Shown: one piece after another, positions 13,482 to 26,105 of the stretch
How the letters are laid out: each line of letters opens with the position of its first letter
Position numbering within the stretch: the first letter of the stretch is position 1
Source of the DNA: Tubiluchus corallicola
Taxonomy: Eukaryota; Animalia; Priapulida
DNA length: 64,000 nucleotides
Assembly (NCBI GenBank): GCA_030141605.1
Contig: JAQGDQ010000120.1
Span: 372,001-436,000, forward strand
Direction: 5' to 3'
The notes under the pieces: generated by a model
Told to the model about the DNA's origin: nothing
The model's database searches: none
What the model saw: the letters and a program-made list of their open reading frames with translations, nothing else
Translations under genes and position numbers: made by a program

Positions 13482-14717
13482 TTAACAGTTTTGTAACCTA
13501 AACTACGTAATAATGCATGCTGATTACAAACATTATGGCCTGTGCTAGTTAGAAGTGGCTGATGTTATGAACAAAGCTTCTGACACATGCCAGACATAAA
13601 ACAAGTTGATGCTGTCAGCCAAACTAGCGAGAAGTTACCTAAAATGGCAACTTTTTTATAAGACTCGTGAGAAGTTATTAAGATGATTGCTATAAAAGTT
13701 CCGTAACAAAGTTCTAATATTACTATTGCCCAACATTTCATTGCGCAGATTTAATACAAGAACATGTTTACTGCACGTCATTCTGCTGATTTGTATACTT
13801 AGCTTAAATTTGTTTTTTTAACAAAAAACTAAAACTAAAATTTCATTATAAGCCAGCGACTGCTGCAACCACGCATATATATGAACACGATAAAAATAAA
13901 AGCATGCTCGAAAGTGAAATTATATACATTTCAAAGTTTAATAAGTGGTAGAAGTTGAAGTGCAATTAAATTCTACATTTCTTATAATGTCTAACCATTC
14001 TGTCGTGAGAACTCATGAATCAGGCATAGTGGGGCTAACAGCAACATTTCTTTAGAAAATTAAACACCTTATTTTTTCTTATGCTACAATAGATAATTGA
14101 TTATAGAGTCAATTATAAGTTTACGCGAATATCTTATTCAATGATATATTGAGCTAGTCAACTAGGTAGCTCAGCTAAGTAACTCATACATGTAGTAGGC
14201 ACATCACATGAGATAAAAATGCAGTAAATGTCAAAATTCAATTCGGGATGAATATCAAAAAAAGCTAGCCAAAACAATCTGCAACGATTTTTCTATCAAT
14301 GCTGTAAACTCAAAACGTTTGCAGTAAAATGACGCAAAAAGTAGTATAATAATGTCATTTTTTATCCTTGCGATCAGCTGTGTAATGTTGATTATGTCGT
14401 CTGCGAATCATATCTAACGAGAATCGCGAACAACTGCAAGTCAAATGCAACATTTATAACCGGTTGCGGGCATTGTATGAGCAATACTTATTTCATACTA
14501 TCTTTAGCTGGAAAAGATACTCTGCTTGATAATTAGTGTATTTAGCCCAATCTTACCTCATTCATGTACTTATTCATTTTCATTACATTTTTACTCGCTT
14601 TTCTAAGAAACCAATGCAATTATCCATTCCAGAAAAAATTAGCTTAGTATTCTGTACAGCTTTCTTTCCCTTCAGCAAAAACTAAAAGCAGGAGTCATCT
14701 TATACTATCTATATTTT

Positions 14718-15178
14718 TTATTTAAAACTGTTGCACAACCGTCGACAACTGAATATTGATTTTTCTTTTCGTTGTAGTTTGCAGTACTGAATGCACCTAT
14801 CTCTTTTACTCTTATTTTTGTACAATTCTTCTGAGCCCTGCGATTTTTTTCGTTTTTGCAGTCTCTCCTTTAACCACTTGGCTGCGTCGCTTAGTGCTAG
14901 ATGAAGGTGAGCATTGTCCAACTCCGGACTACCTGGATCTTGTCCTTTAGGTTCTAACAGCGGTTGGATGCGCCTGGTGATGTGACGAGGCGGGACAAGT
15001 TTTCCATTTTCATCTAGATCGTACTCTAGGTCGTACCCTGGTGCATCCTTAAAATTTTCAAGGTAATTTTCCTGAGCTACTGCTTTCTTGAACAAATTCA
15101 CTGCATCTTTCATCTTTATATCTGGTACGTGTGACGAATTATCATCATACAATATTTCACCAAATTCGTCAGGTTCAC
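14718..15178 (-). CDS. Secreted Cys-rich peptide precursor 1, exon 2 (propeptide plus mature peptide)
   Basis: Acceptor ttttttctttAG|GT (phase 1); open for 461 nt to TAA. Acidic propeptide, basic sites KRKK and KSKR, then C-terminal DRCIQYCKLQRKEKSIFSCRRLCNSFK. Confidence 0.85.
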
Positions 15179-15414
15179 CTAAAGAAAAAAGCAAATTGCT
15201 GAAAGGCCAATAATATAATATAATATAATCGTCAGAAAATGGTCGTTAAATTTACTTGTACAAGCATGACGTGAATTCTGGTTAAACACTGGGTTTTAGG
15301 CAAGTGGTATATGAGCAGCAGTCTTTACTTGCGCGGAATCTGTGGGCTCTTGATTTAAAGAAAGTTCTCCACCACCACCTTCCCATTTCTCTTCCCAAAT
15401 GCCACTACCATTAC

Positions 15415-15466
15415 CTGCTTCTGTCGTTACCATAGTCATCGTTACTACCACGATTATCGGTATCAT
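15415..15466 (-). CDS. Secreted Cys-rich peptide precursor 1, signal-peptide exon
   Basis: ATG at 15466, MIPIIVVVTMTMVTTEA plus G|GTAATG (phase 1), joining exon 2 in frame across a 236-nt intron. An in-frame ATG-TGA lies 45 nt upstream. Confidence 0.75.
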
Positions 15467-17029
15467 ATATAGCAGGCTTGTCAAAGGTTTTTGTTTGGGG
15501 AGGATTCACATTTACTAGAATTTTACACTGTTACAATAATGCCATAGTCACAAGGTAGCCACCAGAGCTTAATTTTTGAAGAAAACGTAGTGTAAAGAAA
15601 CTTATAAGTAACCACTGTGATGGCACAAACTTCTTTGTGAGTGCGCCCCAAATTAGACACAATAGCTACAATAGCTACAATAGCTACAATAAATTAGATG
15701 ATTCTATCACAAACTGTTAATGTGCCGGATTTACGACAATGCAGTGGTCGAAAATCGTATTCCTGATGAACAATTATAATAGACCCTTTTGAAAAATATC
15801 TTCATTAGGTTGGACATAGAAACTCTGCTGCCATTATAAATAAGCGCTCTTTCGTAATAACAGCAGCAACAACGACACTGCTCTCTTTACTCATAATAAA
15901 TGTTAACAGGGCCTACAGTATAATAAGCCTGTGCAATTACGGTTAAGCCATCAATTATACACATGATATGTTGTTTTTTTTTCTGAAAGGTAAAGTGTTT
16001 ATTGTCTGCTTGTAATTCTCTCGGGATTTGTATGTTACCATGCAAATTTTTGTCACGTCAAGTTAATTAACCCATAATAGTGTGCCACCATCCTTTAATT
16101 ACGAATTTTAATGCAACTGACGTTACGCCTGCTGATGAATATCAAGAAGTTCTTCTTCGGCAAGAATATATTTTAAATTTAATACTATAAATTAAACCAA
16201 TTTTTATTGCAACTTTTTCTAATGGTTACCGTTAACTATAGTGACTTGGCGTTTGGAACAGTGATTTTTTTGACGATTTTTTTCTTTTTGAGCAGCAACT
16301 CATAGTATTGAAGAAACAACTGAAGATATAGGCCTAGTTGGTGTCTTACAGGGTGAAACGTCAAAACTAGCTATGACGCCCCTTCAGGTAGGAAGTTGAG
16401 CTCACATTATTTGAGGATCGCAGGAGTGAAACTTCGATGATGATCCTCGCAACCTACCATCGCTGTCGCTATTGCTGTAGTTGCTCACAAAATAACACCA
16501 TGTTGCTGCTTTGTTTAAAAGTAACGCCACTGAAGATTATAATGTTCAGTAGAGCGATATGCAGTGGACAGTGTGGTATGTGTGCTCTGGTCAGCTCTCT
16601 TACAGTCATATTTACACAATTATTGAAAAGTGCACTGCAGTAGATGCCATGTGCGTTATCAGGTAGCGCGATACAAGTGATGACTGAGCGCATAATAATG
16701 ATTATTCGAAACCAATCGCTTGACGAAGTCTCGGGGAAGCCTACGCCAGAGAACTCAGGAATTTCCACCGCTTATGTAAATGTTAATTCAAGAATTAAAG
16801 AGCACTTATTAAGATTCTGCGAGTTGTTATTAGTTATACATATTACATAAATAGCTAGGCTTAAACTCTGTGGAAATTACCGCAACAAGGATACTTGCAC
16901 ATTGCCAGTCATTCCACTTTTTGACATTCGTGACATTCATGCCCGTCGAAAATCAGTATACCACACATAACTGGACAATTATTTTTCGACTTTTTGTTCA
17001 ACAGGTTTCTAAGATGTGAAATGAAATTG

Positions 17030-17130
17030 TGACTGCGTGGGTTCGATACTCGCTTTGTGTTGTTTCAGTCACCATAATTATTCTGGCTGTTTACCTGGCC
17101 GAGGGAGGATATAAACGGCAACCAAAAGTG
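17030..17130 (+). mobile_element. tRNA-derived SINE-like fragment
   Basis: B-box-like GGTTCGATAC at about 17040, followed by the core shared with 4490-4583. Confidence 0.4.
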
Positions 17131-18073
17131 ATTATTCTGCCAGTTTAGTAGTAGCTCATCTTAGCGAGTTAATCTTGGTAATGAGCAGGAGCAACACCAA
17201 AAAGAAGAGCAGTATCTGCAGGTGCAGCAGAAGCAGCAGCAGGCAGCAACACCAGAAGCAGAAGAGCTTAATTTGCAACGCATTTATAAACCGCAAATTT
17301 AAGATTGAATATTTTAAACCTCTCCTTGGAACGTTTACAAAACAATTTCGGCAATCAGAGGACTAATGGAATATCTGTCCATTATGCACCTCTCTTAGCC
17401 TAATTGTTCTCATAATTTCGCACAAGTGATAAAGCAAGTCGGCTTAATTACTGAATTTAAGCACTAAAATTTTAAAACTCAATATTTTTGTTCTGTTTTG
17501 TTCGCCACACATTTTGTTCACCAGTTCTTGTTATTAATTTTTTTCCAGTTTATTAGCAGGGAATCTTAGACTTAATATAAAGATTACACACGAGTAGTGA
17601 TAAAAACGTTGTCATTCATTTACTTTTTTCGATTTGAATTACAAACCAGCCACAAGTAAAGAAACTGCAGGCAAACGTTATCCGCTCTAGGTTCTCTATG
17701 TTCCTTTACCTGAAGACCTGTCCCCCATGGTTTGTAATTCCAAATGAAATATTGCAAGTGAAGTCACTTCAACGCTATGCTGATCTTTATTTTAAACGTT
17801 TTTTTCTGTGCATTATTTCGTCGCAACTGTTCACAGTGGTGATTTTAGGTATCACTAATCACTAAAAATGCCACAAGACATAATACAAGACTTAATTTTA
17901 ACATCTTCGAAATCTGCAGTAGTTCTTCGTTAAGCAACATCAGAAGTTTTATGTAGGAAGTCATTGATGTGTTAACGTTTGCTTTAAAGCGCAAGAAAAA
18001 CACACAGTTTATGTTAAAAGTAATGCAGAATGAAACTTAAAAATTTAAATTCCCACGACGACCCTTAGGTGCA

Positions 18074-18076
<3 letters not shown>

Positions 18077-18108
<32 letters not shown>
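18077..18108. repeat. (AT)n microsatellite
   Basis: 16 AT units. Confidence 0.97.
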
Positions 18109-18111
<3 letters not shown>

Positions 18112-19152
18112 CTAAACAAAAGATTAAATTACTTTATATTGTCAGAGATCAATAGTATGTGAATCAGTGGCGTCCAGTATCGCTTTACCATGTGGCGAGA
18201 ATATATTAAATTATTAAGAATGCCTAAATACGTAAAATACTGTAGTTGCCTTAAGACGTACCACAGAGAGTCAACAAATACACGATTTCTGGGATATTGT
18301 GCCGCAGGAAATTCATTTATGCTACTTTCATATGCAATATGGCTGACAAGGTGTCTGCCGCTAATTTTTACAGTTATTAAAACGGATACGGTGATAATTT
18401 AGGTGTCTGTCTAGATATAGATTTTTAAGATGAAGGAATCCATATCTGCTGCTGATGATATCCTAACATCACCTCATTAGAGATTTCAACATGGCTACAA
18501 ATATAGTTGCATATGTAACACATTTGCCACATTGCATTCTTCTACTGCAGATAGTGTAATGGTTTTGTGTCAAGATGTAGATTTTAAAGGTCAAGGTTTT
18601 AATTTCTGCTAAGTAAAATGTCAGGCATGATGATCCTGATCGACTTTTACTCAACTCCGTTGATGTGAGTAGTGAATAATACAGAGCTATATGGAGAGTT
18701 ATTAATAAAGAGTTATAATAACAGACGCTCAAACTACTTAAAAGCACATTACTTTGCACACCTTTTTAAATTCCATTTGCGCACGTAAATCTAAAGTTAC
18801 TCCTTTGGTTGGTGGAAATTATATTTAATAAGAGTTGGCATACTTTTGGTGCTTTTGATGCCATAATTTCCAGTAAGATTCCGGTGTCTGTTCGGTAGAC
18901 TTCTTCCACCCAAAGTCAAATAGTGATGGTAATGCTAAATTTCCTGTCTGCTATGCTTAATTATACTGTACGTTTGGTGTATTAACGTTTATCCAGGAAT
19001 CCTGTCTATTTCAAATTAACATCTGGTTACGTGCAGGGGTAAACTTTGCTCTAAAGATGTGTTCACATAATCCCCAAGCTGTGTACGTATTACCCCGCAG
19101 CTGTATCCAGTGCCCATATTACTCACATATTGGGGTAATATGGACCCTTTAG

Positions 19153-19644
19153 CTGTAGCGGATAGCCCTATAGGCTGAATAGGCTGAAGCCTAAGGCCCG
19201 GGATCAAAAGGGGCCCGGCAAAATAAAACGAAAAAAATTTTTTGTTGTAAAAAAAATAAATTGACAAAAGAGCAATGGGCCCGCCAAAATAAAATATAGA
19301 AAAATTTTTTTTTTCAAAAGTCAGTCACTATATTTCAAATCGGGTTTACACAAATCAAGTTTACACAATTTAAGTTTACACAATTCACGTTTACACAGTT
19401 TAAGTTTAAGTTCAAAATTTCAGTTTCCGAATTTTTCTGGGGACAAAGTCAGATATAATTTCTGAAAAGTCCATTTTTTTCAACATATCTGACTCAATAT
19501 GCATCAGTGATAAATTGTTTAATTTGTCATCCTTTACAAACGACGAGAGCTCCACAAAAACACGTCAGCTCAGCAGTGTAGCAACATTTAAAAGGCCCGT
19601 TCCAAGCTCAAGCCTAAGGCCCATAAAATCATAATCCGCCGCTG
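19153..19644. mobile_element. hAT-type MITE
   Basis: Perfect 8-bp TSD CCCTTTAG (19145-19152 and 19645-19652), imperfect TIRs CTGTAGCGGATA / AATCCGCCGCTG, and subterminal aagcctaaggccc at both ends. Confidence 0.88.
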
Positions 19645-20004
19645 CCCTTTAGGTCAAATTTTGAATGTGATTTCTTAAAAATATTTGTACAGTTAGTCGA
19701 TAAATGTTGAATTGGCAGCCTAAACTATCTACTGAGTATTTTTGCAAGCTTAAAGCCTAACAGGTGTAGACCATATTCCAATTTTTGTTTTTACGGTCCA
19801 TATTCCCCCCCCCCGCTTTACCCTCAGAAATGTTACAACAGCAAGCGGTTAATTGGATTACATAGATCATCATCAATAATTTGCTTGTCACAGGGCTAAT
19901 GGTTGGGATAAATTTTCCTTGCTAATAAATCTATGTACCATTATCAGCAGAACTGCGCCTTTTTTGGCTTTCCATCAGGTATAGCAACTTAACGGGAAAA
20001 GAAA

Positions 20005-20220
20005 AGGAAGCAAAGCAAAGTAAAGTAAAGTATATAAAGTAAAAAGTTAAGTAAAGTAAGGTGAGGTAAAGGGAGGTAAGGTAAAATAAGGTAAGCTAAA
20101 GCCAAGTAAGGTATGGAAAAACAAAATAAGGCAGGGCAAGGTAAGGTAAAATAAAGTAAAACAAATCAAAGCGAAGCAAAGTACTGTAAGATGAAGTGAG
20201 ACAAGTGAGGTAAGGTAATT
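20005..20220. repeat. Degenerate pentanucleotide repeat (TAAGG/TAAAG/CAAAG)
   Basis: Visible periodic gtaag/gtaaa/gcaag units. Confidence 0.85.
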
Positions 20221-21592
20221 GGCGGTGATAGATAAGTGAAAAGAAGATAAAAAAGAAATAAACTAAGGAATTGTATAAGCTCGCAACTGTATTAGACATT
20301 TATATTGAGGGCATATCGACTGAATTGAATTCATTTTAAAATAATTAAGCATTTCTGAGACATGTTACAAAATTTAATCATTTAACAAACCATAATAAAA
20401 ATTCTTTTATTGTTGGATATTTGTATCAGCGTTATTGTTCTTGTTGTTAAGAATCTGTTTGACTTTAAGATAATACAAATATTTACATGAAAGATTTATT
20501 GTCGCCATCGTATATATAGGCCTACTGCTATCTGTGTTCCAGTACATAAAGTTGTGATTAATGAGACTGATAATTATTGATTGTTTTTATCGGATTATAT
20601 GTGACAACTTTGACTGCACTGTGCTACCCGTTTTCTCTTGTGCGCACGTTGAATCATTCAAAATTTTCTTTCTCTTCCCTTTTCTCCGTCTCTCTTTTCT
20701 CCACTTCACTTTCGTTTTCTTTTGACTCTTTTTAACATTGTTTTTCCTTCTTACACGTACACTCCAAATATTTTTAGGTTATGTTACAATTATCCACAAG
20801 GGTATATTACATTTATCACGCAATGATAAATTCTAGCAATAAATAGTTCTAAATTTCCATTCGCTTTCAACACTTTATGACAAGCTGTGAATGAATTATT
20901 CAATATCGGTCGTACCATCGATCATGGTTTTGTATTATTTAATTTTTAAATGTGTGCTCTTTGTGATATTTTTTATCAACTATTCACCTAAAACATCAAC
21001 AAATGTAGACAGTAATCAGCTATCGGGTCAGCGCCACCTTCTGAGCACTAATCTGCACGGCCTTTTAGTTTTAAGAATTTTACATTTGAATCGCTGCTGA
21101 CGCACGCGAATCCACACGATTTAGAAAAACGTGCACGTGTGCTATTAACAATAATAACAGTTAACTACGCCCAAACTCACTAATAGACGGCTTCAAACGT
21201 TTACACTCAAAACGTTTCTAGTTTGTTATCAAGCCAAATGATTAATTCTGTAATCTAGTAGCTTATAGGTATTACAAAACTGATTAACTACAACAGAACC
21301 ATGTATTAGACAGAAATGGGTACGTGCTATGGGGTGCCGTACTAAATAATGAACAAAAATTCATCAGTCAGAAGACTAGTAGTTGGCTTCGTGTAATTAA
21401 TCAGACGAAACGTTGTTTTAATCACTTTGCTTTTGATTCTTTTGATGTTGCGTTAATTCGCCGAGGACTATAGATGGCAACAAGGACGAGAGGACAGTAC
21501 ATAAAAGCTCAAAGCAACAGAGGTCACTCCTGATGCCGTTTTGTACCATTTTCCCCACTCGTGACAGTTTTAGTTTGTTTGCTAATAATGAA

Positions 21593-22199
21593 AGGAAAGC
21601 CGATTTCATCATCTTTAAACTACAGCTTATAACAATCTACCCTATAAAATATTGAAAGTACATACCAAAATATTGAAAGGAACACAGTATTTTCTCAAGA
21701 ATGACATACGTGAAAGAATTATTACCACGAAACATAATTTCATGTTCGCGCGGTTAGTTCTTTCCTGTTACATGTTTTTTGCCATTTGCTAGTTAGATGG
21801 GCACAAGCGCCTGCATCTTGGAAACACGTTGCAGAAAAAGATGTGCTGCACCTCTCAATTCAGAGGTGCTCATTTGTGACGTTGTGCACACGTTCGAGAG
21901 CTCATGCGTGAGCATAACGGGTAAACTTGAAATTTTAATTTTAAACTTAAAATTGGCTAGTTTTGCTATGTCACACTGAGTGTTATACAGTAGCACAGTA
22001 CTTCGATTTTCGCTTTCGCACCACGTGCAACATATTCATGGAATGTTTGTGCTGTTGAAAATCAATTTATAAATAGTTGGGCTCCCTTAACATAATATTT
22101 AATTACCAGAAACGTGTTGGCATTTTTATAGGTCTTTATATGTATACATTTTGCCGTACTTCAAAATAAGTAGGATATGGAAAATCACCCTGTATTCCT
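21593..22199 (+). mobile_element. Kolobok-type non-autonomous DNA transposon copy
   Basis: Begins (TGAA)AGGAAAGCCG and ends CCCTGTATTCCT(TTAA); body homologous to 12880-13481 and 26487-26988. Confidence 0.8.
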
Positions 22200-23317
22200 T
22201 TAAGAAACTCGCATTTTATTTTCGATCACAAATGTTTGTAGTGGTTTACAAATTATTCTATCCTCGCGGCGTTTAGTTCTCTTAGGAAACTTTAGACATT
22301 TTATTATGTAATTAACCACGTCCATTAAAATTTGGCAAAGGTTAGCACCTAATGGCAGGATTTGTTTGAGCAGATAGCTTGACACTAACACTTACTGATC
22401 TGACCTAAAGTACAATTTGTTGGTTAAATTTTTACAGCAGGCCTACAGGAAACAACGTTAAATACCAAACGTAATACGATCGTAAAAACTATAATATTAT
22501 TGTAATTAACAAACGTTAAAGAATGGACTATCACGCAAGGTTAAATTCTTACAAAAAATAGATCGAAACTTCCATTGGCTTTCAGCCCCTTGCGGCGAGC
22601 TATGAATGAATCTTACCATTGATGATCATAGTTTTGCACTATTTAATTTTTGTAAAAGCTCTTTGTGATATTTATTATCAGTTACGAAGCCGTAATCAAA
22701 TCAAAATCATTGCATTGAGTTCCTAAATGTTCACGGTAAGTTGCATCAGCTTCATCTAGCGTTTGTTTTTTAGCTCTTAAAGTCCACTTTGTCTAAATCC
22801 CGTGATTTCCATTCAAGTTTTTATAAAAGTTACAAAGCAAAAATAATTTTTGACCCCAGTTCATTTTTACCTTTGTTATGCTGTAATAATCATGATTACG
22901 CTGACAAGGTATGGACTTAATGTCACTAAATGGCGTGTATTAATATAGCAGGCAGTTAGGTTATTATAAACGCGTTTACTTAATGATAATTATTTTTATT
23001 AAATAGAAAGCTTCCGAAAGAATGCGATAGACAATTAATTTTTCACATGAACTGTTATTTAAGTGACCTGAATGGGACGTCTTGTTTACTAGCAAAGATC
23101 AAGTAAAGGTAAGCCTATAGAAAGCATATTCTATTTATTCTTATTCTCTTGATAATTACGTCGTTATTGATATCACTGTATAATATTTTACAAGTACTTA
23201 TGTGACAACTGTTTGAATTTATTTGTGTTAGTTGTTCCTTTGTTGTACAATACATAATACCACACAAATTTCGTTATATGTATTATAATATTATGAAAAC
23301 AAATTGCTTACTTACTT

Positions 23318-23460
23318 GACGATGATGATGATGATGATGGTGACGATGATGATGATGATGATGATGATGATGATAAAGAAGATGAAGAGTACAAAGAGGA
23401 GGAGGAGGAGCAGGAAGAAAGACCGAAGAGGAGTAGCAGGACGATGACGATGATGATGAC
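23318..23460. repeat. (GAT)n/(GAG)n trinucleotide repeat
   Basis: Runs of gatgatgat and gaggaggag; explains ORF 23312-23500. Confidence 0.95.
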
Positions 23461-23597
23461 AATGATTTAATATATTATACGGTAATCTAGCATACAACAT
23501 GAATAAAAAGCATTCGGTATTTATATTTAGTTCTAAGTGTTACTCGTTTTCATCTAAGAGTTATCTCAATAATTAAAATTGTACGAGTATTACTTAC

Positions 23598-23664
23598 CGA
23601 AGCTTTGCTTGGGCATTATTTCCAATATTATTACCAACAAAAAATATCCTTTGCCACACACCAT
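23598..23664 (-). other. Candidate orphan signal-peptide exon
   Basis: ATG...MVCGKGYFLLVIILEIMPKQSF plus G|GTAAGT (consensus donor, phase 1, same as both peptide genes). I found no dedicated downstream exon. Confidence 0.4.
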
Positions 23665-24347
23665 CTTCAGAGTTGAGAAAACTATTCGTCAAATGTTGCT
23701 ACTAATATCATTACGACTCTCACATTGGAAGAAGTGAACTTTATTTATTGTTTTCAACTTTTTTCATGACTTACACGCGGGAGACGTATGTTTGCCAAAT
23801 GAAGCCAAATGCCCTATTATTTCGCGTGTTCCTTTTATCGTGAATTATCCCACTCTAATGTGCGGGTGTATGACGCAAGCGCAGGCTGTTTGATGTAACG
23901 TTGAACCATAGTATTTAGTATGAAAACACGGACAGAGAAGCTTACTCTATAAAAAGACTAAACTGACTAAAAAAGATTAGAGCATAGATTTTGAATCACT
24001 TTTTTCTTCTAAGGAGCTCTGAAAACTTTCATTTTCGGGACTTCTATCCTAAATTATTCTTCTATGACAAATGATAATTTTTCTATGACAACTTGTCATA
24101 TTTCCAATTTCTTGGAAGCATTGGCCATACTGAAACGAGATGGGTTGCTAGACAAAAACAAATTTCCATTCGAAAAAATACAGTTCAAAAATGTTTAGAT
24201 GATTATCGCTTATGGGCGGAAAATTTCATGCCATGCTCTTCTCAGCGCGAGGAATATTGCAGGTGTATGTTTACATTGTTTTCCGATTCGCTTTCATTTG
24301 GGGGCCACTCTCTTGCGAAGTGACTCTATAAAGAGGTTTGTTTTGCC

Positions 24348-24386
<39 letters not shown>

Positions 24387-24397
24387 TTGTTGTTGTT
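24348..24397. repeat. (ATG)n/(TTG)n microsatellite
   Basis: atgatgatg run followed by gttgttgttg. Confidence 0.95.
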
Positions 24398-26105
24398 AGT
24401 CTTCATGTAATTAGTTTTGATCGGTTTTTATATTGTGACATCGCAATAGAATTACTCCATATCCTAAATTTTTATTAAAAAATGGATTAATGACAATGGT
24501 AATTGGTGTTTTAAATGAAATATTCACGGAAAAAACGGATTCATAACAACTGTAAATAGCGTTCTAAATGATATATCTAGGCAGTTAGGTAGTAAAACTC
24601 TTTAAGTAAGCGCTCCATGTGCATGCATTCTGGATTGTTTATAATTCAATTTGATTTCAATTTTAATCAAAATATGACTTTCCAAACACACCAAAATTGT
24701 CATAAATGTGAATGAAGGCTTTGTTAAAATCATTTGGTCGCTTATCACACATTTACTTCAATATGTGACAAAAGTAGTAATTTTCATGTATACTTTTTAA
24801 TCTTTGTGTATGCTAATTCTTTAGCGTCAAATTTTTGGAGCAATTTAACTTGTTTACTTGTTTGCTTTGGTTTTACATATAATCCTTTTTCGATGTTAGA
24901 TATTTTAAAAAATAAATAAATTCTTCTATCAACGTTAATTTAATTGTTTGATGTTATCGAGTCTGCACTATAAATACGTTCAAAGTGCATAGGTACTTTT
25001 AACTTAACCTGTACTATAAACAAAAATTGTGTATGCGACGTCATCTTTTTTGATAACCATGTATATTTGCAAGAATTATAACTGAAAGGTGATTATGACA
25101 TAAAACAAATTTTCAGCTTTTAATTAAAAAACATAGAAAGCTTTTTAAGTAAAACTTTATTGTAAGACATTACTATTGTAAGGCATGTAAGGCATTACTT
25201 TATTGTAATGCCTTATCACACAACATAACTGTGCGCGCACTTAATTTAGTGACAGACAAGAATAAATGGGCTCTGCAAAGCATGAAAATAATTTGATTAA
25301 AGCCCCCACTCGTCTACTAATTCACTAATTCCTTTCTACCGCTACTGTGCATAAACCACTAAAATGTTGAGTTAATGCAATCTTTATATATAACAGATCT
25401 GATATTATAGAAACGATGGAGCATTTTCTTACTAAAGATTGCTTCTCCCATCTAGAAATAAACAACTAAACGAGTTATGATGTTAAAAATTCTTTGATGT
25501 TTCGAGAATGATCTCATCTTCGGGACTATTAAATCATTTTTTACCAAAGAAATTCCAGTGTAAAAGACGCTTGTGCTCGAATCGTGTGAGTGCTTTAAAT
25601 GGGCCTATTGTCCCAATTTGTAACGGTATGGTGTCAAGGATTCCATTTAGCAAATGTCCTCAACTTTATTTGCATCTAATGAGGCAATACGGGCCTCAAA
25701 GGTTAACGATTTTCTGTTTTTATTTAAACTTCTTATTCTCGTTGTCTCCCCGCCATCGCACTTTTTAGTCTGTCCATAAAATGCGTGCCCTAATCCAGGA
25801 AGTGCTCCATACTTCCGTGTTCCACTGATATTTGACTTTCTTACTGGTATTTTAGTTGTTATATAAGTATATCACGAAAACAATGCAAACATAAATCTGT
25901 TAAAAAATTGCCACAATGGCTACCTAAAGCCATCATCAGCAGAAACAATCAGATTGATTGAAATGTACATCCATATCCATCTTCCATAAACAATGCAGCT
26001 TTTAAAGGCAATTTTGTTTGTGATGGCGGGGAGGCAATTTTTGACAAATTTATTTTGCTAAAATTAAGATTACTCAATGATAGAAAATTGTATCTCTCAA
26101 AATAG

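Noticed and set aside
16437-16850. Overlapping ORFs on both strands with several Cys
   Set aside because: No recognisable motif, no KR-Cys frame, and no convincing splice sites.
18472-18534. MQCGKCVTYATIFVAMLKSLM, loosely like the 23664 signal-like exon
   Set aside because: Its only donor is phase 2 and weak, and the similarity is limited to M.CGK.
21028-21117. Basic stretch WIRVRQQRFKCKILKTKRPCRLVLRRWR on the minus strand, resembling an antimicrobial peptide
   Set aside because: Preceded by an in-frame stop, with no start codon or compatible acceptor.
22200-22391. ORF containing KRTKRREDRIIC as a possible third mature-peptide exon
   Set aside because: No C-x3-C pairs, and the nearest phase-1 acceptor opens a different, closed frame.
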